From positions 11,990-75,989 of the forward strand of contig JBFXJL010000008.1 in NCBI GenBank assembly GCA_050174915.1: a DNA stretch of 64,000 nt, given 5' to 3'. The position numbers were made by a program, and so were the translations under genes. Under the pieces are notes generated by a model. That model ran no database searches. It had not been told where the DNA came from and was given only the letters and a program-made list of their open reading frames with translations. Source of the DNA: Elusimicrobiales bacterium. Lineage in GTDB: Bacteria; Elusimicrobiota; Elusimicrobia; Elusimicrobiales; UBA9959. Below are positions 54,190 to 62,767 of this stretch, in pieces. Each line of letters opens with the position of its first letter. Positions within the stretch are counted from its first letter, which is position 1.

Positions 54190-54221
54190 AAAAAAGCCGC
54201 CGGACAGCCGGCGGCTTTTTC
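54190..54221. terminator. bidirectional intrinsic terminator
   Basis: AAAAAAGCCGCCGG-acag-CCGGCGGCTTTTT. Confidence 0.8.
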
Positions 54222-54239
54222 GCGTCCAGGGGGACTGGC

Positions 54240-54551
54240 TCAGGCCATTTCCTTGCGGATATGTTCCCAGGCTTTCTTCAGCTCGGCGGTAAGGCGCTTC
54301 AGCTCGGCGCCGCTGACTTTTTCCAGCTTGCCGTAGCGCTCGGCCACGTCGTCCACGATCTTCTCGTAGTCGTCCTTGTCGAGCTTCTTGACCTTCTCCA
54401 CCTTCTCCAGGACCTCGCCCTTCATCTTGAGCGTCCAGCCCTTGATGGCGTCGCGGTTCTTGGCGCCGCGCTTGCCGGTGAGGAAGTAGGCGCCTATCGC
54501 GGCCAGAGCCGCTATGCCCACTCCGGTTCCTATAGCTTTTTTCTTGTCCAT
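54240..54551 (-). CDS. YtxH-like membrane-anchored coiled protein
   Basis: N-terminal TM (GTGVGIAALAAIGAYFL), then a charged helical segment. 103 aa. Confidence 0.55.
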   Translation of the reverse strand: MDKKKAIGTGVGIAALAAIGAYFLTGKRGAKNRDAIKGWTLKMKGEVLEKVEKVKKLDKDDYEKIVDDVAERYGKLEKVSGAELKRLTAELKKAWEHIRKEMA

Positions 54552-54612
54552 AATGCCCCCTTGTCAGTGTATAAATCGCTAACGAATATTACCAAATCGG
54601 CCGCCCTCCGCG

Positions 54613-55251
54613 CTACTGCGGGGGCAGGAGGTCTTCCAGGGCTTTCACCCGGGCTTCCAGCTCGGCCAGGCGCCGCTCGGTCTCGGCCAGCCGGTCGGGG
54701 CCGCCTGGCGCGGCGGCGGCGGGCGCTTCGGGCGCGGCGGCCGCGGCGGGGGCCGCCCCGGAGAAGAGATGGAAATAGCGCACTTCCTTCTGGCCGGGCT
54801 GGCGGGGCTGGCGGCCCACCATGGGCTCGGCGGCGGCGCACAGCTGCTGCAGCAGGGCCTCCACTTCGGCCGTGCCCGTGAACTCACAGAAGCGCTCGGA
54901 GCGGGTCTTGATCTCGCCGGGGGTCTGCGGCCCGCGCAGCAGCAGCACCGTCACCAGGCCGGCAACTTTGGGATCGTCGGAGCCCAGCAGGCGGCCTATG
55001 TCGTGGCGAAACTTGGGCACGCGCTCGCCGGGGATCTGCTGGCGTTCCACCAGCCCTTTCTCCACCAGCGACTGCACGGCCCGGCCCAGCGCGTCGGCGT
55101 CGAGCGCCATCACGGGCTCGCGGCTGCTCTTCTGGTTGCAGGCATTGAGCAGAGAATTGAAAGTGAGCGGGTACTGCTCGCGGGTGGTCAGCGACTTCTC
55201 CACCAGCGACCCCATTACCCGCGCCTCTACCGCGTCCAAGGCAGTTATCAT
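54613..55251 (-). CDS. yceH: YceH (DUF480) family protein
   Basis: LDAVEARVMGSLVEKSLTTREQYPLTFNSLLNACNQKSSREPVM closely parallels the E. coli YceH N-terminus. C-terminal coiled coil. Confidence 0.8.
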   Translation of the reverse strand: MITALDAVEARVMGSLVEKSLTTREQYPLTFNSLLNACNQKSSREPVMALDADALGRAVQSLVEKGLVERQQIPGERVPKFRHDIGRLLGSDDPKVAGLVTVLLLRGPQTPGEIKTRSERFCEFTGTAEVEALLQQLCAAAEPMVGRQPRQPGQKEVRYFHLFSGAAPAAAAAPEAPAAAAPGGPDRLAETERRLAELEARVKALEDLLPPQ

Positions 55252-55259
55252 GTTTCCCC

Positions 55260-56162
55260 CTATTTCATCAGCAGCAGGCTCAGCGACATCACCAGCATGC
55301 CCCCTATCAGGCCCAGCAGGCTGTCATGGCCCTTGCCGTAGGCGCGGCTGGTGGGCAGCAGCTCGTCGAGGCTGATGTAGACCATGATGCCGGCCACGCC
55401 GGCGAACAGCGCCCCGGTGACCTGCGGCGGCACCACCCCGCCGGAACCAAGGAAAGTGTAAATGAATAACCAGGCTATCAGCGCGCCCACCGGTTCGGCC
55501 AGGCCGCTGAGGAAAGAATAGATGAAGGCCTTGTGCCTGTCTCCGGTGGCGTAAAAGATGGGCACGGAGACGCTTATCCCCTCGGGGATATTGTGCAGCG
55601 CCACGGCCACGGCTATGGCCACGCCGAGCGAAGGATCGCTCAGGGCCGCCAGGAAGGTGGCCAGGCCCTCCGGCAAATTGTGTATTCCTATGGCCAGCGC
55701 GGTGAACAGACCCATGCGCAGCAACTTGCCCTGCCGCACGTGCTCGTGCGCGCCGGGCACGCCCTGTTTTACCGCGGCGTGGCATTCGGCGGCGGTGGGC
55801 ACGTGCGCCTTGGGGTCATGCAGCGGGGCCTCCTCGGCCTCGCTGTGCGTCTCGTGCGGGTTCTCGTGGGACGGGATCAGGTTATCGATCACCGCTATGA
55901 GGAAGATGCCGCCGAAGAAGGAGCCGGCGTTCACCCAGTGGCCCAGCGGCTCGCCGTAGGCGGCCACCAGCGCGTCCGTACCCTTGTAGAAGATCTCGAC
56001 GAAGGAGACATAAAGCATCACGCCGGCCGAGAAGCCGGTGGAAACGGACAGGAACCTGTAATTGGTGCGCTTCGCGGCGAAGGCTATCAGGCTGCCTATG
56101 CCCGTGGCCATGCCCGCGAACAGCGTCAGGCCCAGCGCGTATATGACGTTTTGAGTGTCCAC
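55260..56162 (-). CDS. zupT: ZIP-family zinc transporter ZupT, with an inserted His-rich loop
   Basis: [12 protein letters not shown] and [13 protein letters not shown] signatures. Loop [13 protein letters not shown]...HEHV. Confidence 0.85.
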   Translation of the reverse strand: MDTQNVIYALGLTLFAGMATGIGSLIAFAAKRTNYRFLSVSTGFSAGVMLYVSFVEIFYKGTDALVAAYGEPLGHWVNAGSFFGGIFLIAVIDNLIPSHENPHETHSEAEEAPLHDPKAHVPTAAECHAAVKQGVPGAHEHVRQGKLLRMGLFTALAIGIHNLPEGLATFLAALSDPSLGVAIAVAVALHNIPEGISVSVPIFYATGDRHKAFIYSFLSGLAEPVGALIAWLFIYTFLGSGGVVPPQVTGALFAGVAGIMVYISLDELLPTSRAYGKGHDSLLGLIGGMLVMSLSLLLMK

Positions 56163-56233
56163 GTAAAGATTCTACACTTTTTTAGAATGAAAAGCCCCGG
56201 GCCGGCCCGGGGCTTTCACGCGCGGGGAAGAAC

Positions 56234-56581
56234 TTATTCCACGCCCAGCAGTTCCACTTCGAAATGCAGCACCGAGTCCGGAGGGATAACGGAACCCGCG
56301 CCCCGCTTGCCGTAACCCAGTTCCGAAGGGATGATCAGCTTGCGCTTGCCGCCTATGCGCATGCCGGCCACGCCCTCGTCCCAGCCCTTTATCACGTGCC
56401 CCGCGCCCAGCTGGAAAGTGAAAGGCTCGTCGCGGTCCACCGAACTGTCGAATTTTTTGCCGTTGGGAAAAGTTCCGGTATAGTGCACCGTGACTTCCTT
56501 GCCGCTTACGGCCGCGGGGCCTTCCCCTACTTCCACGTCTATATATTTAAGCCCCGATTTAAGGGTGATCTCTTCAGCCAT
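56234..56581 (-). CDS. FKBP-type peptidyl-prolyl cis-trans isomerase
   Basis: [16 protein letters not shown]...[29 protein letters not shown]. Start at the ATG with an AAAGGAGA Shine-Dalgarno (56581). Confidence 0.9.
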   Translation of the reverse strand: MAEEITLKSGLKYIDVEVGEGPAAVSGKEVTVHYTGTFPNGKKFDSSVDRDEPFTFQLGAGHVIKGWDEGVAGMRIGGKRKLIIPSELGYGKRGAGSVIPPDSVLHFEVELLGVE

Positions 56582-56624
56582 TTTAAATCTCCTTTTAAAA
56601 CGTTCCGCTATGATAGCAAAATGG

Positions 56625-57203
56625 TCAGCGGGCCGGTTTGGCCGCCAGGCGGGCGTCGTAAGCGTCCACGCTATAGACGCTTTCGAGGGGCAGCCGCGCC
56701 GGGCGCTCATCCTCTCCGGCCGCCTGCTGCGGCGTCAGCGCGCTTTTGTCCTCGATCTTTTTGCCGACGTTGACCAGTGTTATAACCATGTTCCCTTCGG
56801 GTATGCCGAGCGCCAGGCGCACCGCCTCCGGGTCGAAGCCGGCTATGGGATGCGCCACCAGGCCAAGCTCGGTGGCGCGCAGCTGCAGCGCCCCTACGGC
56901 CTGGCCCAGGTCGAACAGGTAATACTCCCGCTCTTTTATGACGCAGTCGTAATCCTTGGCCGCGAAAGCCGCGATGATCAGCGGGGCGCTCTTGACCCAG
57001 TCGTTGTTCTTGCTGAGACAAGCGTGCACTTTTGAGAGCGACTCCGGGGCGCGGACGAAAACGAATTTCCAGGGCTGGTTGTTGAAGCAGGACGGCATCA
57101 GCCTCGCCGCCTCCGCTAATTCCGCCATCAGCCCGTCGGTGATCTCCGCCGGGCCCAACGCCCGGTAGGCCCGCCTTTTCTCGATCGCTTCCTTTACGTG
57201 CAT
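56625..57203 (-). CDS. nitroreductase family protein
   Basis: [19 protein letters not shown] and a typical length of about 190 aa. Confidence 0.75.
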   Translation of the reverse strand: MHVKEAIEKRRAYRALGPAEITDGLMAELAEAARLMPSCFNNQPWKFVFVRAPESLSKVHACLSKNNDWVKSAPLIIAAFAAKDYDCVIKEREYYLFDLGQAVGALQLRATELGLVAHPIAGFDPEAVRLALGIPEGNMVITLVNVGKKIEDKSALTPQQAAGEDERPARLPLESVYSVDAYDARLAAKPAR

Positions 57204-57213
57204 GTTTCCCCCT

Positions 57214-57978
57214 TTAATCCGCAGACGAAGCCGGCAGCGTTTTTTTTAATTCGTAAAGCAGCAGCGCCGCGCCCGCCAGGGCCGCGGCCCCGCCGGCCTG
57301 CAGCAGGAAGGCGGCGGACTCGCCGGTGGAGGCCGCGTACTCCTCCCAGGTCTGGTCGGCCAGCCGCTCCAGGCCGTCGCCGAAGAAACAGGGCAGCCCC
57401 GAGAAAGCAGGGTCCCGCTCCATGCGCATGATCTCCGCCAGCAGGTCGGGATGCAAATTGGCGCCGGAGTGCCGCAGGAACCTGACCAGCTCGCCTATCT
57501 GGCGCGGCACGCCCAAGGCGCTCACGGTCTCGCCCTGAAGGATTACCCGCTCTATGCGGCGCCGGTCCGGGGAGTCGTCGAAAGTGACGTCAGGCTTGGC
57601 CAGGTCCAGCGCGCCGTAATTTGGCAGCACCAGCGCCGCGCCGGTGGGGTCGTCCACGAAGAAAGCCCCGTAGAAATTGTCGGAGACGCGGTCCCAGCTG
57701 CCGCGCCCGGCGCTGCGGTGGCTGGAGGAATGCTGGTGGCGGTATTCTTCGGTCACCTCGTAATAGAAAACGCAGTTCTGTTTAGAAACAGGGGAGGTTA
57801 TCTGCACCGGCGAGCGCGCCTTGCCGGTGATGAACTGCCTTCCCCCCGGCTTCAGGTCCGAGATGTACACGCAGGGCAGGGACCGGATAGCTCCCGCGCG
57901 CGCCCGGCGCGCGAAACCCGCCGCCAGGCCTATCAGCCCGCCGCACAGCAGCACCACGCCGAAAGCGAAACCGTTCAT
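57214..57978 (-). CDS. two-TM membrane protein with a GIDE-like domain (PF12483-like)
   Basis: N-terminal TM, then FITGKARSPVQITSPVSKQNCVFYYEVTEEY...FFVDDPTGAALVLP, resembling the GIDE/MUL1 intermembrane domain. C-terminal TM. Confidence 0.45.
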   Translation of the reverse strand: MNGFAFGVVLLCGGLIGLAAGFARRARAGAIRSLPCVYISDLKPGGRQFITGKARSPVQITSPVSKQNCVFYYEVTEEYRHQHSSSHRSAGRGSWDRVSDNFYGAFFVDDPTGAALVLPNYGALDLAKPDVTFDDSPDRRRIERVILQGETVSALGVPRQIGELVRFLRHSGANLHPDLLAEIMRMERDPAFSGLPCFFGDGLERLADQTWEEYAASTGESAAFLLQAGGAAALAGAALLLYELKKTLPASSAD

Positions 57979-58123
57979 ATTTCTCCTTAACGGCTATTAA
58001 ATAATAAATAGCGCTGAAAACAAAACCCGGCGGCCGGCGGCAGGAGACGGAACCGGGAGGCGGGGCGCGCCCAAGAATGCTAAAATATCGCGTGGCCCGC
58101 CGTGTGCGCGGTCCGCCCAAAAC

Positions 58124-59422
58124 ATGAAATTTCCCGGAAAAAGAAAAAGCGAGCATTACTTCCCCGTGGCGGAAAAAGTGCGCGAGAGCGCCGACCCGCA
58201 TTTTATCGAGGCCGAGCCCTTCTACCTGGTGGGCATAGACCAGCTGCTGGTGGATATCGAGTGCGCCGTGGACGCGGATTTCCCCGCCGCGCGCGGCCTG
58301 AAGAAAGGCGAGTCCCAGATCCTCGCCGACGGGGCGGCCGAAGCCATCTACCGCGAGCTGAAGGCGGGCGGGCGCATCACCGGCGAGTACGCCGGCGGCT
58401 CCGTGGGCAACACCTTGCACAACTATTCAGTCCTCTCCGAGGAGCGCTCCGTGGCGCTGGGCGCCATCAGCCGCAGCATCACGGTGGGCGACTACGCCTT
58501 CAAATACATCCGCAACACCAGCGCCAAGGTGGACCTCTCCTACCTGCAGCCCTCAGACAACGCGATGGGCCGCGCCATGTGCTTCGTCACTCCGGACGGA
58601 GAGCGCACCTTCGGCATCAGCAAGGGCTGCATGAACGACCTCTCCCCGGAGTTCATCCCCGAGGCCGTGGTGCAAAAGGCCTCCGCGCTGCTCATCTCCG
58701 CTTACCTGCTGCGCGACGAGTCGGACCCTATTTTCAAGTCGACGGTAAAAGCTTGCTCGATAGCCCTGGCCGCCAGGGTGCCGGTGGTCATGACGCTGGG
58801 CACGGCCTCCCTGATAGAGTCGAAAAGGGATTTCTTCCGCGATTTCATAAAGCGGAATGTCACCTGCGTGGCCATGAACGACCAGGAGGCTATGGCGCTT
58901 ACCGGCACGCGCGACCCGCTGCTGGCCGCCGAAAACGCGCTGGACCTGGCGGATCTGGCGCTGCTGACGGTGGGCGAGCACGGCCTCTACCTGGCCGGCT
59001 GGGTGGACCGCCTGCACGCGCGCCGCACCACGCACAAGCTGCACACCAAGTCCATCGTGGACTACAACATGTACGAGTTCAGCCGCCCCATGCGCCGCGA
59101 GGACTGCGGCGAGCCGCTGAAGATCTATTCCCACATCAACCCGTTCCTGGGCGGGCCGAAGATCATCAAGAACACCAACGGCGCCGGAGACGGCGCGCTG
59201 GCCGCGCTGCTGCACGACATGGGCGCGCGCAAGTACCACCAGACCAAGGTGCCCCGCTCCCCCAAGAACGCGGTGGAGTCGCTTACCTACTCCTCGCTCT
59301 CGCAGAACTGCAAGTACGCCAACCGCGTCAGCTATGAAGTGCTGGCGCAGAATTCGCCGCGGCTGATGCGCGGCCTGCCGGAAAAAGAGGAAAGTCTGCA
59401 GGAAGCCTACTGGGACGCCTGA
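58124..59422 (+). CDS. gsk: inosine-guanosine kinase (PfkB family)
   Basis: Collinear similarity to E. coli Gsk along the whole length: MKFPGKRKS.HYFPV, GG..GNT.HNYSVL, NTNGAGDGALAALLHD, CKYANRVSY.VL.Q.SPRL.RGLPE.E.SL.E.YWD. Confidence 0.85.
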   Translation: MKFPGKRKSEHYFPVAEKVRESADPHFIEAEPFYLVGIDQLLVDIECAVDADFPAARGLKKGESQILADGAAEAIYRELKAGGRITGEYAGGSVGNTLHNYSVLSEERSVALGAISRSITVGDYAFKYIRNTSAKVDLSYLQPSDNAMGRAMCFVTPDGERTFGISKGCMNDLSPEFIPEAVVQKASALLISAYLLRDESDPIFKSTVKACSIALAARVPVVMTLGTASLIESKRDFFRDFIKRNVTCVAMNDQEAMALTGTRDPLLAAENALDLADLALLTVGEHGLYLAGWVDRLHARRTTHKLHTKSIVDYNMYEFSRPMRREDCGEPLKIYSHINPFLGGPKIIKNTNGAGDGALAALLHDMGARKYHQTKVPRSPKNAVESLTYSSLSQNCKYANRVSYEVLAQNSPRLMRGLPEKEESLQEAYWDA

Positions 59423-59475
59423 CGGCGGCCACGGGAATCTTTACAGGAACGGCCGGAGCCCGCCAATGGCGGGCT

Positions 59476-59874
59476 TCAGCTTTTTACCAGTTTCACCCAC
59501 ACTTCGCGGGTTCGGGGGCCGTCGTACTCGCACAGGTAGACGCCCTGCCAGGTGCCGAGCTGCAGCCCGCCTTCCTCCACGAACACCGTCAGCGACGGGC
59601 CCACCAGCACGGATTTAATATGCGCGGGCGAATTGCCCTCGGAATGCCGGTAGGCCGACCTTTCCGGCACCGCCAGGTCCAGCGCGTCCACGATGTCGCT
59701 CTTCACGTCCGGGTCGGCGTTCTCGTTTATCGCCAGGCCGCAGGTGGTATGCGGCACGAAGAGGTGGCAGACGCCTCCCTCCAGGCCGTGCTCGCGCACC
59801 ACGCCCTGCACCTCGCGCGTTATGTCAGCCATCTCCGACCTGCCCGAGGTTTTAACTTTGAATTTGTGCACCAT
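59476..59874 (-). CDS. YjbQ/UPF0047 family protein (second paralog)
   Basis: HTTCGLAINENADPDV...YRHSEGNSPAHIKSVLVG...G.LQLGTWQG. Confidence 0.8.
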   Translation of the reverse strand: MVHKFKVKTSGRSEMADITREVQGVVREHGLEGGVCHLFVPHTTCGLAINENADPDVKSDIVDALDLAVPERSAYRHSEGNSPAHIKSVLVGPSLTVFVEEGGLQLGTWQGVYLCEYDGPRTREVWVKLVKS

Positions 59875-59891
59875 GTCCCCTCCCCCGCCCG

Positions 59892-60224
59892 TTACTTGAG
59901 CCTCTGCAGAAAAGCGTTTATAAGCCAGAGCACCAGCGCGAAGGCCAGCGCCTGCCAGAAACCGGCTACCTGGAAACCGGGCACCAGCCAGCTTACCAGC
60001 TGCACCAGGCCGCCGATGATGACGAAGGTGAAAAGTCCGAGCGTAAGGATATTAATGGGCAGCGTGAGTATCAGCAGCAGCGGCCGCAGCACCGCATTGA
60101 CCGCGCCCAGCACCACGGCCACCACGAGCGCCGTGCCGAAGCCCTCCAGGACTACGCCGGGCAGGATGCGGGCGGTGACGTAGACGGCCAGAGCGCTGAG
60201 AGCGAGGCTGATAAGGATCTTCAT
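59892..60224 (-). CDS. phage-holin-4_2/DUF360-like small membrane protein (YvlD-like)
   Basis: Four-TM pattern LRPLLLILTLPINILTLGLFTFVI typical of PF04020. 110 aa. Confidence 0.6.
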   Translation of the reverse strand: MKILISLALSALAVYVTARILPGVVLEGFGTALVVAVVLGAVNAVLRPLLLILTLPINILTLGLFTFVIIGGLVQLVSWLVPGFQVAGFWQALAFALVLWLINAFLQRLK

Positions 60225-60293
60225 GACTAGATAATATCAATTTAAGCCGGCAAAAAAAGGCGCTGGATAATATAGAATATAGCGGGCGGGAAC

Positions 60294-60971
60294 ATGCAAT
60301 ACAAATACCTGATAAAATTCGAGGACGGGCTTGAAAAAACGGTGGACATCCGCCTGGATCCGGCCACGCTGGACCTGGCCGGGGCCCCGGCCGCCCATCC
60401 GCCGGAGTGGACGCGCCTGGGCTTCTGCCAGTGCCCGGTCTGTCCCTACTCCGCCAGCACGCTGCCCTACTGCCCGGTAGCGGTCAATCTCTCCGAAGTG
60501 ACGTACATGTTCTCCGACAAGGCCTCCACGATGCTCGTCGACGCGCGCGTGATCTCCGACCAGCGCGAGTACGCCAAGCATACCAGCCTGCAGGTGGCCC
60601 TCAGCTCCATCATAGGCATCTACATGGTCTCGAGCGGCTGCAGGATGATGGAGATGCTCAAGCCGATGGTGCGCCACCACCTGCCTTTCGCCTCGCTGGA
60701 GGAGACCGTGTTCCGCTCCGTCTCCTCCTACCTGATGACGCAGTACCTGCGCGCGAAGAAGGGGCTGGAGCCGGATTGGAAACTTGAGAAGCTGGGCCTG
60801 GCCTACAAGGACATAGAGATCGTGAACAGGGCCATGACCAACAGGATCAGGAAGGCCTCGGAGAAGGACGCCAACTACAACGCCGTCATCATCCTCGACG
60901 CCTTCGCCAAGATGGTGCCGTGGAGCGTGGAGCAGGGCCTGCCCGAGAAAGGTTTTCCGCTGGACCGCTAG
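60294..60971 (+). CDS. hypothetical protein with a CxCPxCP...CP cysteine cluster
   Basis: The ORF has GC3-rich codons. Motif FCQCPVCPYSASTLPYCPVAVNL near the N-terminus. No family recognised. Confidence 0.55.
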   Translation: MQYKYLIKFEDGLEKTVDIRLDPATLDLAGAPAAHPPEWTRLGFCQCPVCPYSASTLPYCPVAVNLSEVTYMFSDKASTMLVDARVISDQREYAKHTSLQVALSSIIGIYMVSSGCRMMEMLKPMVRHHLPFASLEETVFRSVSSYLMTQYLRAKKGLEPDWKLEKLGLAYKDIEIVNRAMTNRIRKASEKDANYNAVIILDAFAKMVPWSVEQGLPEKGFPLDR

Positions 60972-61180
60972 TTAACCCTAATCCTTAAGGCTCTTGTCGC
61001 GCAGGCCGACCCGCCCCACCAGCGGCAGCTTCAGCGCCGGCCGCAGCAGGTCCACCCCGAAATTAAACCCCAGAATGTTGGCCCCCACGCCGTCGGAGGC
61101 TCCGGCCGTGACACCGAGCAGCCCCAGCAGCGAGAGCTGCAGGCCGGAGAGCGGCAGGACGGGCAGATCAGGTTGCCCCC

Positions 61181-61208
61181 TTGACTTTAGACTAGTTTAT
61201 GCTATATT
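61181..61208 (+). promoter_or_regulatory. sigma-70-type promoter TTGACT-16 nt-TATATT upstream of the glutamine synthetase gene
   Basis: Read directly from the sequence. An AT-rich leader of about 36 nt with a GGGGGAA Shine-Dalgarno precedes the ATG at 61251. Confidence 0.5.
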
Positions 61209-61250
61209 TATATTAGTTATTATTAATTTTATCCTAAATATGGGGGAACG

Positions 61251-62702
61251 ATGCAGAAACATCCCGAAACCGAACAAACCTCGCTCAAGAACTTCCTGGA
61301 GATCCCGTATGACGAGCTGGAAGCCCTGAACCTGGAAGCGGCCTCGGCCGCCGAGCGCCTGTCCCAGGCCGAGCTGGAGAAGAAGTACCGCGACTACCTG
61401 CGCAAGGAGAAGCGCCTGAAGGCCGTCACCATCTGCTTTACCGACATCGAAGGCCGCTTTCACATGCTGGACTACGACAAGCAGTTCTTCCTGGAGGCCA
61501 ACGACAACCTCACCTTCGACGGCTCCTCCATCCGCGGCTTCTCGGCGCAGCGCGAGAGCGACCTGCGCCTGGGCATAGACTGGGGCAGCATAGTCTGGCT
61601 GCCGTCCGACGTGTTCGGTCCGGGCAAGGTGATCATGTTCGGCACGGTGCTCAACCGCGACAAGAGCCTCTACGACTCCGACTTCCGCGCCCGGCTGGCC
61701 GAGCTGACCCGCGGGCTCAAGAAGGGCAGCGGGCTGACCGCCAACGTGGCGGCCGAGGTGGAAGGGTTCCTGGTAAAGGGCCTCAACGCCGAGCAGTCCT
61801 ACAGCGAGACGGCCGGCTTCGAACTGATCTCCACCGGCGGCTACTATCATTCCCTGCCGCTGGACCCGCTCAAGAAGTTCATCGACACCGCCGCCGAGGC
61901 GCAGCGGGCGATGGGCTTCCGCAACGAGAAGGACCACCCCGAGGTGGCCCCGTCCCAGTTCGAGCTGAACTTTTCCCACGCCCACGCGGTGCGCGCCTGC
62001 GACCTGATCCAGCTCTACAAGCTGGTCTGCCGCCAGGTGGCGGCCAACATGGGCATGACGGCCACCTTCCTGCCCAAGCCGGTCTCCGGCGTGAACGGCA
62101 GCGGCATGCACCTCAACCTCTCCTTCTCCAAGGGCGGCAAGAACATCTTCCACGACGGCAAAGGCGAGGAGGGGCTCTCCAAGGCCGCCTGGGACTGCGT
62201 CTCGCGCCTGCTCAACCACGCGCAGGAGCTGTCGCTGGTGCTCAACCCCAGCGTGAACGCCTACCGCCGCCTGGACCCGCATTACGAGGCCCCCAACCAG
62301 ATCAAGGTCTCGGCCGTGGACCGCGGCGCCATGATCCGCATCCCCGCCGGCAACGAGCGCTCGGCCAGGCTGGAGATCCGCTCGGTGGCCCCCGACGCCA
62401 ACCCCTACCTGGCGCTGTTCGCGCTCATCGGGACCGCGCTGCGCGGCAAGCCGCTCACCAAGGACGAGGGCAAGCGCGACAGGGTGCGCTACCTGCCAGG
62501 CAATATCCACGACGCGCTGCGCCTGTACAGGGCCAGCGACTTCCTGCGCGGACTGCTGGGCTCCGAGCCCCACGAGAAGTACGCGCACCACAAGCAGGCC
62601 TCGGCGGACCGCAACCCCAAGGAGCTGGGCAGCATAGTAAAGACCTCGGAGGTGCTGTTCCACCACGACGTCACCACGCAGATGCTCTGGCACAAGTTCT
62701 AG
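61251..62702 (+). CDS. glutamine synthetase family protein (GlnA-like; subtype unresolved)
   Basis: FTDIEGRFH beta-grasp region, HPEVAPSQFELNF, and KPVSGVNGSGMHLNLS (ATP/ammonium site contexts). 483 aa. Confidence 0.8.
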   Translation: MQKHPETEQTSLKNFLEIPYDELEALNLEAASAAERLSQAELEKKYRDYLRKEKRLKAVTICFTDIEGRFHMLDYDKQFFLEANDNLTFDGSSIRGFSAQRESDLRLGIDWGSIVWLPSDVFGPGKVIMFGTVLNRDKSLYDSDFRARLAELTRGLKKGSGLTANVAAEVEGFLVKGLNAEQSYSETAGFELISTGGYYHSLPLDPLKKFIDTAAEAQRAMGFRNEKDHPEVAPSQFELNFSHAHAVRACDLIQLYKLVCRQVAANMGMTATFLPKPVSGVNGSGMHLNLSFSKGGKNIFHDGKGEEGLSKAAWDCVSRLLNHAQELSLVLNPSVNAYRRLDPHYEAPNQIKVSAVDRGAMIRIPAGNERSARLEIRSVAPDANPYLALFALIGTALRGKPLTKDEGKRDRVRYLPGNIHDALRLYRASDFLRGLLGSEPHEKYAHHKQASADRNPKELGSIVKTSEVLFHHDVTTQMLWHKF

Positions 62703-62716
62703 CCGGCGCGCGGCCG

Positions 62717-62753
62717 GGCGGCGGGAGCCTGCGGGCGCCCGCCGCCTTTTTTT
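62717..62753 (+). terminator. intrinsic terminator
   Basis: GGCGGCGGG-loop-CCCGCCGCC followed by TTTTTTT. Confidence 0.7.
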
Positions 62754-62767
62754 ATTATCATTAGAGC

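Noticed and set aside
60994-61329. A plus-strand 111-aa ORF bridging the intergenic region and the start of the glutamine synthetase gene.
   Set aside because: It overlaps the AT-rich promoter and the glutamine synthetase start in another frame. The product is a Ser/Arg/Pro-rich low-complexity sequence.
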